Below the pieces are notes generated by a model. That model did not search any database, was not told where the DNA came from, and saw nothing but the letters and a program-made list of their open reading frames with translations. 64,000 nucleotides of DNA from Epithemia pelagica (taxonomy: Eukaryota > Protista > Bacillariophyta). The stretch lies in the NCBI GenBank assembly GCA_946965045.2, contig OX337234.1, positions 806,001-870,000 on the forward strand, written 5' to 3'. The translations under genes and the position numbers were made by a program. Below are positions 1 through 11,100 of the stretch, piece after piece (position 1 is the first letter of the stretch; every line of letters begins with the position of its first letter).

Positions 1-216
1 CTGCTTCTGTCGTTGTCGCTTGCATATTCCATGACTGAATGGGCTTGATGCATGCTCTCACTCTTTCAGGTGCAACGACCAAAAGGTCTTTGCTGTTCAA
101 CGTCAGTCCGTCGTCTCGGCTTTAGTAATCCAACTGTAACTGTGGGCAATGAGATATTCTTGATTGGAGCAAGGACAATGATCAACAGCAAACGTCGGTC
201 ACGCAGTGATCATAAC

Positions 217-1190
217 GATAGCCCAGGTGCGTTGAAGAAAGATAGTCGGTTTGGAAAGTATTACAAAATGAAGTCTGTTGGTCTATACCTGAAGGAGCCC
301 TTCGCAATGTCATGACTCGAGACAGTGTAGACCTTGATTGGGAGAAGAACTATGAAGACCACATATCGAAGCCCGCATGTGATTCCATGGATGGTCCTGC
401 CTAAAAGATAACGAATGATTCTCAAAGTTAATCTGTAGGTTTACCGGACGGTGCCGCAATTAACGCAATGACAAGGGAAGATGTTGACCCGAGGGCTCTG
501 GAATTAGACTGGGACAAGAAATATGAAGCAAAACACTGGAAGAGGAAATCTGTTGGCTTACCCGACGGATGTTGTGATATGAGAGAGCTTGGATTTAGAA
601 CGTCAATTCTAGGCGACAGCGTTGGAGAAAAAGACCAGTGTGCTACAATATTTGGTCAAGTTGGGATGAAAAACGATGAAGAGCTCCTCAAGTTCAGGAA
701 AGATCTAGAGCATGCGAAAAAAACCCAAGTCTGTACTCATGGCAGCGATTTCATCGAAGGCTGAGACACAATAAGATGCTTCAAACAACGGAAAGCCGGA
801 TTGATGGCTGCAAAAGCATCTAAAGGGCAACCCAAAGATGTCAAGCCCTCCGATGGGGAAAATCCGGATTGATGGCAGCGATTGCTGCAAAAAGGTCCCA
901 AAACGACAATGACTCTAACGACTAAGGAGGGAGATCTGGATTGATGGTGGCCATTGCCGTCTTGGTGCCGAAGAATGACACCGCAGATGCTAACAATGAT
1001 GGAGCAGGATTGGTTGGCTGCAAATGCCGCCAGAGCGCCATATCATGAGAGCACCAAGAATGACAAAGCGGGATTGATGGCCGCGATTTCCAACAAGGCA
1101 CCGAAAAATACCAGTAACTCGAATGACAGAGGAGGAAGAGCTGCCTTAGTGGCCACCAAGGGGCCGAAGAATGAAATGTTCCAGTCTTAG
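217..1190 (+). pseudogene. Decayed fragment of a repeat protein (CCDC53/WASHC3-like KYxKM-GLP repeats followed by GLMAAI WH2-like repeats; formin/actin-regulator-like). Present in all 12 units at the same offset.
   Basis: Joining frames across stops and shifts gives ALKKDSRFGKYYKMKSVGL-PEGALRNVMTRD..LDWEKNYE, then DGPA.KDNERFSK..SVGLPDGAAINAMTREDVDPRALELDWDKKYE, then ~7 repeats such as KSVLMAAISSK, KAGLMAAKASK, KSGLMAAIAAK and KAGLMAAISNK. Multiple in-frame stops and frameshifts. Confidence 0.6.
727..1160 (+). repeat. Degenerate ~64-72 bp internal repeat (core GGATTGATGG) encoding GLMAAI-like motifs
   Basis: GGATTGATGG at 798, 866, 938 and 1071, an imperfect copy at 1007, and weaker copies near 727 and 1138. 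Confidence 0.8.
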
Positions 1191-1802
1191 TTAACCAACT
1201 ACTTGGAGAAACTCGTGTTGTAACTCCATCGTTTTGTTCAAAGATAGAGCCACTTGCTATTCACACTATTGTTAGAACTTGACGCAGTAGGCAGTTCCAG
1301 TCAAACTGTGATAGTGGACAGCTACTACCGGCAACAAGAATAGCAACAAGTCGGTCACCATTCGGTCCAACTATAGTGACCTGGGTATGCGTGATTTGCC
1401 GATGCTCATGGCGGACACTCAATCGGCACGTCGTCCACTACGGGGTTGGGCGTCACATTCACCAAGGAAGCAGGGTCAGGAGAAGCCTGGATTGAAGCCG
1501 GACCCCCGAATCGAGGTGCCAGTTCTTCGAGATCGACCCTTCCTTGGCCAAGCTAGGATTCAATCAAGCTACCTAGGTAGTATCCATGCCCAGATAGGGG
1601 GGATTGAGGTCTTTTGATTCCTTCATTACAATCGATTTCAGTGTTTTGAGTACATAGGCCAATTTTATTACCGAAATAGTGGGAACTTGATCTAACGACC
1701 CGGATACGTCGAACCAATTTATCATTTTGCGTTCCAACGGCCACTACATGTAGAGAACTGCAATCTGCATTCTTGCCCTCAGTAGAGAAGCTGCTGCTAC
1801 TA

Positions 1803-3206
1803 CTAGGAACGAATCGATCCACCTCGTCTTGCATAAATGGTAAAGTAACCCTCTGGAATACCATTCTGTTGCTGCTTTGATGATCTCTTGTGGTTATCCA
1901 CTCGCTTTGGAGCTTCTTCGTCGTAGAAGACAACCCGCCTGGGACTCCCGCTGGTCAACGACCCCAAGAAAGGCTCTTCTTCAAATCGGACGAGCTCGCA
2001 TGGACTAAAACAAACAGTTTCCTCAATGCCATAGAGATGTCGAATTCCCATTGATTTCAAAGTAGTGAGACTTACAACAAAGAATGGCTTGTGTTCCCAA
2101 GAGTTTTGGATGAGAAACTCTAAATCTCCATTCACGAGACGAGCGCCCACGACAAGAACGGCATGGTTGGGGTTGAGAAACTGTGCGGACTGTTCCTCAT
2201 GCCACGGCGCGCGAAATAGCAAATCGTCACTGTCGATAAGCTCTTGTGTGACCTTCAATCCCTCAATCATGTATGCACCGTTTGTCTGCAGTGTCTCTGA
2301 GAAAATGTCAAAGAGCGTACGAGCTCTGAGACAGGAAATTGGAATTTTGTGGTTGACTTCTATCTCGGGATTCTGTTCCTGCAGGAGTCTTTTGGCATGA
2401 GGCTCTAAATGGCCACCGTCGCCGCGAAAGATATTGGAAAAGATCTCTTTGGGGGAGAATCTGTTCCGCATGTACCGACACACATTGATGTGTTTGTACT
2501 TTGGCTCTTTCTCCACAACATCATCCGAGGAGCTAGTTCTTTTCTTTACTCGTTGAAGTTCGCCCAAGTAGTAAATGGCGTTCGCCACCACGACAGCGTA
2601 GCAGATCGTTGAGTCTTGTCGCTGGTATCGGAGAAAGGGTTTGACACCTTCATCAAAAAGGGTTACCTTGGTTTCGGATTTTTCGGTACCCCATTCTGGA
2701 TGGCGTTGAAGAAAGTCTGCAAATTTCGAATGACCAGAATCACCAGAGTCTTCTTCGTCGCCTTTCTTCCGGACAAAGGCATCAAGTCTCTTTCCAAATG
2801 CAGACTCGGGATCCATTACAGCGTCGATGAGATTTTGGAATATACAGTTTGGGTCTTTTTGAACTAGTTCAGGCTGCTTCTTGAGCAGGAGGAACGCTGC
2901 CTTGACCTTTTGGATTCCGGTGAGTGTGCTCCATTCATGGCGACTAGCAAGAGAATTCCATTCGACAGCTATAGCGTGAATAGGACGGTCCGATAACTTT
3001 GCTTGGGGAGGTGTACATTTGTTCTGCTGAAAGAGGTCGTGGACCGTCTTTAGTCGAGTCTTTGGAGACTGAATACTTCCCGTCGTCTCTTCTTCCTCGT
3101 CAGCCTCGGTGGACGCCGTTACACTTTGAAGATCGGGAATATCCTCAAACTTGCTCCAGTCCATACTCTCAACAGTCTCGTGATTGTTGATGGCTTCTTG
3201 ACTCAT
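1803..3206 (-). CDS. Papain-fold (clan CA, C1-like) cysteine protease, 467 aa, type A, unit 1
   Basis: Single-exon ORF. Motifs: Q..STICYA (oxyanion Gln plus catalytic Cys), GDGG, NHAVLVVG (catalytic His) and IQNSW (catalytic Asn), in papain order and spacing. Acidic N-terminus with no hydrophobic signal peptide. Confidence 0.88.
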   Translation of the reverse strand: MSQEAINNHETVESMDWSKFEDIPDLQSVTASTEADEEEETTGSIQSPKTRLKTVHDLFQQNKCTPPQAKLSDRPIHAIAVEWNSLASRHEWSTLTGIQKVKAAFLLLKKQPELVQKDPNCIFQNLIDAVMDPESAFGKRLDAFVRKKGDEEDSGDSGHSKFADFLQRHPEWGTEKSETKVTLFDEGVKPFLRYQRQDSTICYAVVVANAIYYLGELQRVKKRTSSSDDVVEKEPKYKHINVCRYMRNRFSPKEIFSNIFRGDGGHLEPHAKRLLQEQNPEIEVNHKIPISCLRARTLFDIFSETLQTNGAYMIEGLKVTQELIDSDDLLFRAPWHEEQSAQFLNPNHAVLVVGARLVNGDLEFLIQNSWEHKPFFVVSLTTLKSMGIRHLYGIEETVCFSPCELVRFEEEPFLGSLTSGSPRRVVFYDEEAPKRVDNHKRSSKQQQNGIPEGYFTIYARRGGSIRS

Positions 3207-3541
3207 TGTGTAATACTTTCGGTCCTGATCAATATATGAAAAGCAAGAACTCAGACCGTGGACAAAGTTCTACCTTAGTTGTCTTCTTGTGATTTTGGGA
3301 CTGTGAGAGGCGTTTCGCAGTTTCGTTTTCGATCGTGGAGGAACACATTGCGCTGCGGGATTAGACTCTCGGAATCGAACGACGTGCAGGCGCGTTTACG
3401 CTCCCCCTTTTGTTGTTGTGAGCCACACAAAACGGCGATCGATTTCCTAGTAAAGGTAGATCCATGGAACGCTAGGCGGACCTGACTGGAATTTTCAAAG
3501 CAATAAAAGGTATACTGTAGCGGTCCATTCCTTTGCTGTTT

Positions 3542-4195
3542 TTATGTTGTTTCCTGTTCTTCTTCTTCTTCTTGTGATTGTTTGCATTGGGCCAGATGCT
3601 CTTGCAACTTCACGAGGCAATTGGCGGCCTGGAGATAGGATTGCAAACACGCACGAGCCTCTTGTTGCGCCCGATGCAATTCCTTGGGTGGCAAAGCTCC
3701 CGCCAACAATTCCAAAGGATCCATCAAGCCATTGGGAGAAAAAGAGGAAGCCAATGACGACGACGACGACACGGGTGGTTGAGACTCGGACTTGGCGGGT
3801 TCTTCCTCTGTTTCAGTCACAACCAACATTATTCCAGGAGTGGTTGTAGTCTTGTGGTCCGTTGTGCCCTTGTTTCGTCGTCGTTGTCGCAATCCTGTTT
3901 GTTCGGTGGGAGCATGGATTCGTCGGCTTGGTTCGCTTCTTCTACTGCTTCTTCACGATGCAAGTCGGGAATGTCACCATCCGTTTTCGTTTGTTTCGTG
4001 GTTCGTTCCGCCTTGGTTACTGTGATTGTGGTTGTTTGAGTGGTGGTCGTTGGTCCAGATCAAGGAGACATGAGTCGTGGTGGTGCCTGGTGCGTCTTGT
4101 TGTGTATTATTCTTGTTGTGATCTGTAGTCGCACATGGAGGCGAGTGGACTTTCCCATCGTACATTGGAAGCGGTGCAGTAGGATTCCATGGCCA
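3542..4195 (-). pseudogene. Frameshifted 3' fragment of the VMA22/CCDC115-like gene. Also at 8482-9135, 13902-14555, 18833-19486, 23773-24426, 28704-29357, 33644-34297, 38582-39235, 43522-44175, 48462-49115 and 53400-54053.
   Basis: Homologous to 58338-59038 from AMESYCTASNVRWES to the stop, but broken into several frames by indels and lacking the 5' coding part. Confidence 0.9.
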
Positions 4196-6742
4196 ATAGT
4201 GCAGTAGCTGTAACCGAGAAAGACAGCACAGGTGTCGTTGATCTCCAAAGTTTTTTTCCCAATGAGCGTCTGTAGCCGACGGAAGTTTGAGTGTGGTGAT
4301 GGCTTATCGACTTGTGCACCCCAAAATACCGTCTTGAAATTCCGGTAATGTTGAGCAGAAAGATGTCAAGCCTGCGACAACACCCACAGTCAACAAGCGA
4401 TTTGACAGGCGTCAAAACACATGAGACAACCGCATCTCCAATGTCGTATAAGACATCCGGGCAAAATAATGCGTCTGGTCATGATCGCCTGTGTTTTGAC
4501 CCTCAAAGCCAACCCGAAATGCCCAGGTATCAAAAGCACTCGGTATCTTTAAATCATGGTTGAAAGCCTTTTTTCTCTTGAACTTCCTGTGGCCTTGTCG
4601 CTCGGGTAGGTGCCAGCTACAGTTAGGACGACAACAGCATGCGGAGAGCTGCAAATGTCCAATACGGTTAGCGTGGAGGCCTCAGAACCATTCTGTGCAC
4701 ACAAAATAGATGGCCTCCCGTTTCAAAATAGTGAAAACCGTCACCTAGAACGATTCTAATATCACAATTCGAAAATCAGCAACACAACCGATTGGAATAC
4801 CGCCTTCGTAGACTTGGCCAAACGCGTAGGGGAGCAAACAAGAGGAGCAAAGCTGCCAAACATTTTGTGGACCCTGATCGTTGCCCTCATCGCTGGATAG
4901 ATGCTTTGAGCAGATCGTGCATCTTTATTTCGGCACTCTGCTGCTTCTGTCGTTGTCGCTTGCATATTCCATGACTGAATGGGCTTGATGCATGCTCTCA
5001 CTCTTTCAGGTGCAACGACCAAAAGGTCTTTGCTGTTCAACGTCAGTCCGTCGTCTCGGCTTTAGTAATCCAACTGTAACTGTGGGCAATGAGATATTCT
5101 TGATTGGAGCAAGGACAATGATCAACAGCAAACGTCGGTCACGCAGTGATCATAACGATAGCCCAGGTGCGTTGAAGAAAGATAGTCGGTTTGGAAAGTA
5201 TTACAAAATGAAGTCTGTTGGTCTATACCTGAAGGAGCCCTTCGCAATGTCATGACTCGAGACAGTGTAGACCTTGATTGGGAGAAGAACTATGAAGACC
5301 ACATATCGAAGCCCGCATGTGATTCCATGGATGGTCCTGCCTAAAAGATAACGAATGATTCTCAAAGTTAATCTGTAGGTTTACCGGACGGTGCCGCAAT
5401 TAACGCAATGACAAGGGAAGATGTTGACCCGAGGGCTCTGGAATTAGACTGGGACAAGAAATATGAAGCAAAACACTGGAAGAGGAAATCTGTTGGCTTA
5501 CCCGACGGATGTTGTGATATGAGAGAGCTTGGATTTAGAACGTCAATTCTAGGCGACAGCGTTGGAGAAAAAGACCAGTGTGCTACAATATTTGGTCAAG
5601 TTGGGATGAAAAACGATGAAGAGCTCCTCAAGTTCAGGAAAGATCTAGAGCATGCGAAAAAAACCCAAGTCTGTACTCATGGCAGCGATTTCATCGAAGG
5701 CTGAGACACAATAAGATGCTTCAAACAACGGAAAGCCGGATTGATGGCTGCAAAAGCATCTAAAGGGCAACCCAAAGATGTCAAGCCCTCCGATGGGGAA
5801 AATCCGGATTGATGGCAGCGATTGCTGCAAAAAGGTCCCAAAACGACAATGACTCTAACGACTAAGGAGGGAGATCTGGATTGATGGTGGCCATTGCCGT
5901 CTTGGTGCCGAAGAATGACACCGCAGATGCTAACAATGATGGAGCAGGATTGGTTGGCTGCAAATGCCGCCAGAGCGCCATATCATGAGAGCACCAAGAA
6001 TGACAAAGCGGGATTGATGGCCGCGATTTCCAACAAGGCACCGAAAAATACCAGTAACTCGAATGACAGAGGAGGAAGAGCTGCCTTAGTGGCCACCAAG
6101 GGGCCGAAGAATGAAATGTTCCAGTCTTAGTTAACCAACTACTTGGAGAAACTCGTGTTGTAACTCCATCGTTTTGTTCAAAGATAGAGCCACTTGCTAT
6201 TCACACTATTGTTAGAACTTGACGCAGTAGGCAGTTCCAGTCAAACTGTGATAGTGGACAGCTACTACCGGCAACAAGAATAGCAACAAGTCGGTCACCA
6301 TTCGGTCCAACTATAGTGACCTGGGTATGCGTGATTTGCCGATGCTCATGGCGGACACTCAATCGGCACGTCGTCCACTACGGGGTTGGGCGTCACATTC
6401 ACCAAGGAAGCAGGGTCAGGAGAAGCCTGGATTGAAGCCGGACCCCCGAATCGAGGTGCCAGTTCTTCGAGATCGACCCTTCCTTGGCCAAGCTAGGATT
6501 CAATCAAGCTACCTAGGTAGTATCCATGCCCAGATAGGGGGGATTGAGGTCTTTTGATTCCTTCATTACAATCGATTTCAGTGTTTTGAGTACATAGGCC
6601 AATTTTATTACCGAAATAGTGGGAACTTGATCTAACGACCCGGATACGTCGAACCAATTTATCATTTTGCGTTCCAACGGCCACTACATGTAGAGAACTG
6701 CAATCTGCATTCTTGCCCTCAGTAGAGAAGCTGCTGCTACTA

Positions 6743-8146
6743 CTAGGAACGAATCGATCCACCTCGTCTTGCATAAATGGTAAAGTAACCCTCTGGAATA
6801 CCATTCTGTTGCTGCTTTGATGATCTCTTGTGGTTATCCACTCGCTTTGGAGCTTCTTCGTCGTAGAAGACAACCCGCCTGGGACTCCCGCTGGTCAACG
6901 ACCCCAAGAAAGGCTCTTCTTCAAATCGGACGAGCTCGCATGGACTAAAACAAACAGTTTCCTCAATGCCATAGAGATGTCGAATTCCCATTGATTTCAA
7001 AGTAGTGAGACTTACAACAAAGAATGGCTTGTGTTCCCAGGAGTTTTGGATGAGAAACTCTAAATCTCCATTCACGAGACGAACGCCCACGACAAGAACG
7101 GCATGGTTGGGGTTGAGAAACTGTGCGGACTGTTCCTCATGCCACGGCGCGCGAAATAGCAAATCGTCACTGTCGATAAGCTCTTGTGTGACCTTCAATC
7201 CCTCAATCATGTATGCACCGTTTGTCTGCAGTGTCTCTGAGAAAAGGTCAAAGAGCGTATGAGCTTTGCCAAGGAAAATTGGAAACTCATGGACGACCTT
7301 TTTGTCGGGATTCTGTTCCTGCAGGAGTCTTTTGGCATGAGGCTCTAAATGGCCACCGTCGCCGCGAAAGATATTGGAAAAGATCTCTTTGGGGGAGAAT
7401 CTGTTCCGCATGTACCGACACACATTGATGTGTTTGTACTTTGGCTCTTTCTCCACAACATCATCCGAGGAGCTAGTTCTTTTCTTTACTCGTTGAAGTT
7501 CGCCCAAGTAGTAAATGGCGTTCGCCACCACGACAGCGTAGCAGATCGTTGAGTCTTGTCGCTGGTATCGGAGAAAGGGTTTGACACCTTCATCAAAAAG
7601 GGTTACCTTGGTTTCGGATTTTTCGGTACCCCATTCTGGATGGCGTTGAAGAAAGTCTGCAAATTTCGAATGACCAGAATCACCAGAGTCTTCTTCGTCG
7701 CCTTTCTTCCGGACAAAGGCATCAAGTCTCTTTCCAAATGCAGACTCGGGATCCATTACAGCGTCGATGAGATTTTGGAATATACAGTTTGGGTCTTTTT
7801 GAACTAGTTCAGGCTGCTTCTTGAGCAGGAGGAACGCTGCCTTGACCTTTTGGATTCCGGTGAGTGTGCTCCATTCATGGCGACTAGCAAGAGAATTCCA
7901 TTCGACAGCTATAGCGTGAATAGGACGGTCCGATAACTTTGCTTGGGGAGGTGTACATTTGTTCTGCTGAAAGAGGTCGTGGACCGTCTTTAGTCGAGTC
8001 TTTGGAGACTGAATACTTCCCGTCGTCTCTTCTTCCTCGTCAGCCTCGGTGGACGCCGTTACACTTTGAAGATCGGGAATATCCTCAAACTTGCTCCAGT
8101 CCATACTCTCAACAGTCTCGTGATTGTTGATGGCTTCTTGACTCAT
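6743..8146 (-). CDS. Papain-fold cysteine protease, 467 aa, type B, unit 2
   Basis: Intact ORF with the same catalytic motifs; carries the PDKKVVHEFPIFLGKAHTLFDL patch. Confidence 0.88.
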   Translation of the reverse strand: MSQEAINNHETVESMDWSKFEDIPDLQSVTASTEADEEEETTGSIQSPKTRLKTVHDLFQQNKCTPPQAKLSDRPIHAIAVEWNSLASRHEWSTLTGIQKVKAAFLLLKKQPELVQKDPNCIFQNLIDAVMDPESAFGKRLDAFVRKKGDEEDSGDSGHSKFADFLQRHPEWGTEKSETKVTLFDEGVKPFLRYQRQDSTICYAVVVANAIYYLGELQRVKKRTSSSDDVVEKEPKYKHINVCRYMRNRFSPKEIFSNIFRGDGGHLEPHAKRLLQEQNPDKKVVHEFPIFLGKAHTLFDLFSETLQTNGAYMIEGLKVTQELIDSDDLLFRAPWHEEQSAQFLNPNHAVLVVGVRLVNGDLEFLIQNSWEHKPFFVVSLTTLKSMGIRHLYGIEETVCFSPCELVRFEEEPFLGSLTSGSPRRVVFYDEEAPKRVDNHKRSSKQQQNGIPEGYFTIYARRGGSIRS

Positions 8147-11100
8147 TGTGTAATACTTTCGGTCCTGATCAATATATGAAAAGCAAGAACTCAGACCGTG
8201 GACAAAGTTCTACCTTAGTTGTCTTCTTGTGATTTTGGGACTGTGAGAGGCGTTTCGCAGTTTCGTTTTCGATCGTGGAGGAACACATTGCGCTGCGGGA
8301 TTAGACTCTCGGAATCGAACGACGTGCAGGCGCGTTTACGCTCCCCCTTTTGTTGTTGTGAGCCACACAAAACGGCGATCGATTTCCTAGTAAAGGTAGA
8401 TCCATGGAACGCTAGGCGGACCTGACTGGAATTTTCAAAGCAATAAAAGGTATACTGTAGCGGTCCATTCCTTTGCTGTTTTTATGTTGTTTCCTGTTCT
8501 TCTTCTTCTTCTTGTGATTGTTTGCATTGGGCCAGATGCTCTTGCAACTTCACGGGGCAATTGGCGGCCTGGAGATAGGATTGCAAACACGCACGAGCCT
8601 CTTGTTGCGCCCGATGCAATTCCTTGGGTGGCAAAGCTCCCGCCAACAATTCCAAAGGATCCATCAAGCCATTGGGAGAAAAAGAGGAAGCCAATGACGA
8701 CGACGACGACACGGGTGGTTGAGACTCGGACTTGGCGGGTTCTTCCTCTGTTTCAGTCACAACCAACATTATTCCAGGAGTGGTTGTAGTCTTGTGGTCC
8801 GTTGTGCCCTTGTTTCGTCGTCGTTGTCGCAATCCTGTTTGTTCGGTGGGAGCATGGATTCGTCGGCTTGGTTCGCTTCTTCTACTGCTTCTTCACGATG
8901 CAAGTCGGGAATGTCACCATCCGTTTTCGTTTGTTTCGTGGTTCGTTCCGCCTTGGTTACTGTGATTGTGGTTGTTTGAGTGGTGGTCGTTGGTCCAGAT
9001 CAAGGAGACATGAGTCGTGGTGGTGCCTGGTGCGTCTTGTTGTGTATTATTCTTGTTGTGATCTGTAGTCGCACATGGAGGCGAGTGGACTTTCCCATCG
9101 TACATTGGAAGCGGTGCAGTAGGATTCCATGGCCAATAGTGCAGTAGCTGTAACCGAGAAAGACGGCACAGGTGTCGTTGATCTCCAAAGTTTTTTTCCC
9201 AATGAGCGTCTGTAGCCGACGGAAGTTTGAGTGTGGTGATGGCTTATCGACTTGTGCACCCCAAAATACCGTCTTGAAATTCCGGTAATGTTGAGCAGAA
9301 AGATGTCAAGCCTGCGACAACACCCACAGTCAACAAGCGATTTGACAGGCGTCAAAACACATGAGACAACCGCATCTCCAATGTCGTATAAGACATCCGG
9401 GCAAAATAATGCGTCTGGTCATGATCGCCTGTGTTTTGACCCTCAAAGCCAACCCGAAATGCCCAGGTATCAAAAGCACTCGGTATCTTTAAATCATGGT
9501 TGAAAGCCTTTTTTCTCTTGAACTTCCTGTGGCCTTGTCGCTCGGGTAGGTGCCAGCTACAGTTAGGACGACAACAGCATGCGGAGAGCTGCAAATGTCC
9601 AATACGGTTAGCGTGGAGGCCTCAGAACCATTCTGTGCACACAAAATAGATGGCCTCCCGTTTCAAAATAGTGAAAACCGTCACCTAGAACGATTCTAAT
9701 ATCACAATTCGAAAATCAGCAACACAACCGATTGGAATACCGCCTTCGTAGACTTGGCCAAACGCGTAGGGGAGCAAACAAGAGGAGCAAAGCTGCCAAA
9801 CATTTTGTGGACCCTGATCGTTGCCCTCATCGCTGGATAGATGCTTTGAGCAGATCGTGCATCTTTATTTCGGCACTCTGCTGCTTCTGTCGTTGTCGCT
9901 TGCATATTCCATGACTGAATGGGCTTGATGCATGCTCTCACTCTTTCAGGTGCAACGACCAAAAGGTCTTTGCTGTTCAACGTCAGTCCGTCGTCTCGGC
10001 TTTAGTAATCCAACTGTAACTGTGGGCAATGAGATATTCTTGATTGGAGCAAGGACAATGATCAACAGCAAACGTCGGTCACGCAGTGATCATAACGATA
10101 GCCCAGGTGCGTTGAAGAAAGATAGTCGGTTTGGAAAGTATTACAAAATGAAGTCTGTTGGTCTATACCTGAAGGAGCCCTTCGCAATGTCATGACTCGA
10201 GACAGTGTAGACCTTGATTGGGAGAAGAACTATGAAGACCACATATCGAAGCCCGCATGTGATTCCATGGATGGTCCTGCCTAAAAGATAACGAATGATT
10301 CTCAAAGTTAATCTGTAGGTTTACCGGACGGTGCCGCAATTAACGCAATGACAAGGGAAGATGTTGACCCGAGGGCTCTGGAATTAGACTGGGACAAGAA
10401 ATATGAAGCAAAACACTGGAAGAGGAAATCTGTTGGCTTACCCGACGGATGTTGTGATATGAGAGAGCTTGGATTTAGAACGTCAATTCTAGGCGACAGC
10501 GTTGGAGAAAAAGACCAGTGTGCTACAATATTTGGTCAAGTTGGGATGAAAAACGATGAAGAGCTCCTCAAGTTCAGGAAAGATCTAGAGCATGCGAAAA
10601 AAACCCAAGTCTGTACTCATGGCAGCGATTTCATCGAAGGCTGAGACACAATAAGATGCTTCAAACAACGGAAAGCCGGATTGATGGCTGCAAAAGCATC
10701 TAAAGGGCAACCCAAAGATGTCAAGCCCTCCGATGGGGAAAATCCGGATTGATGGCAGCGATTGCTGCAAAAAGGTCCCAAAACGACAATGACTCTAACG
10801 ACTAAGGAGGGAGATCTGGATTGATGGTGGCCATTGCCGTCTTGGTGCCGAAGAATGACACCGCAGATGCTAACAATGATGGAGCAGGATTGGTTGGCTG
10901 CAAATGCCGCCAGAGCGCCATATCATGAGAGCACCAAGAATGACAAAGCGGGATTGATGGCCGCGATTTCCAACAAGGCACCGAAAAATACCAGTAACTC
11001 GAATGACAGAGGAGGAAGAGCTGCCTTAGTGGCCACCAAGGGGCCGAAGAATGAAATGTTCCAGTCTTAGTTAACCAACTACTTGGAGAAACTCGTGTTG

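Noticed and set aside
727-1160. CRISPR-like repeat-spacer array (GGATTGATGG every ~68 bp)
   Set aside because: The core is only 10 bp, the intervening sequences are themselves related and follow a protein repeat, the context is eukaryotic, and there are no cas genes.
1406-1552. Minus-strand peptide LGQGRVDLEELAPRFGG...IECPP
   Set aside because: Short, bounded by stops, with no start codon or recognisable motif.
1569-1580. 12-bp perfect palindrome CTACCTAGGTAG
   Set aside because: Isolated, with no associated structure; not distinguishable from chance.
2306-2364. Diversity-generating retroelement-style variable region
   Set aside because: Differences are not adenine-specific (G/C, C/T, T/G and others occur), there is no separate template repeat, and the only RT is an ordinary copia RT.
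3340-3440. tRNA or SINE on the minus strand (GTTCGATTCC B-box at 3371-3380)
   Set aside because: The T-stem does not pair, there is no convincing A-box or acceptor stem, and no cloverleaf can be built.
4180-4215. Unit as a Helitron or other rolling-circle element
   Set aside because: No Rep/helicase ORF and no TC...CTRR termini with a subterminal hairpin at the junction.
52-5040. The many 60-126 aa ORFs of the track in each unit, and those antisense to pol or VMA22
   Set aside because: They are shadow frames of real genes or pieces of the decayed fragments. Their recurrence only reflects the repeat and is not independent evidence of coding.
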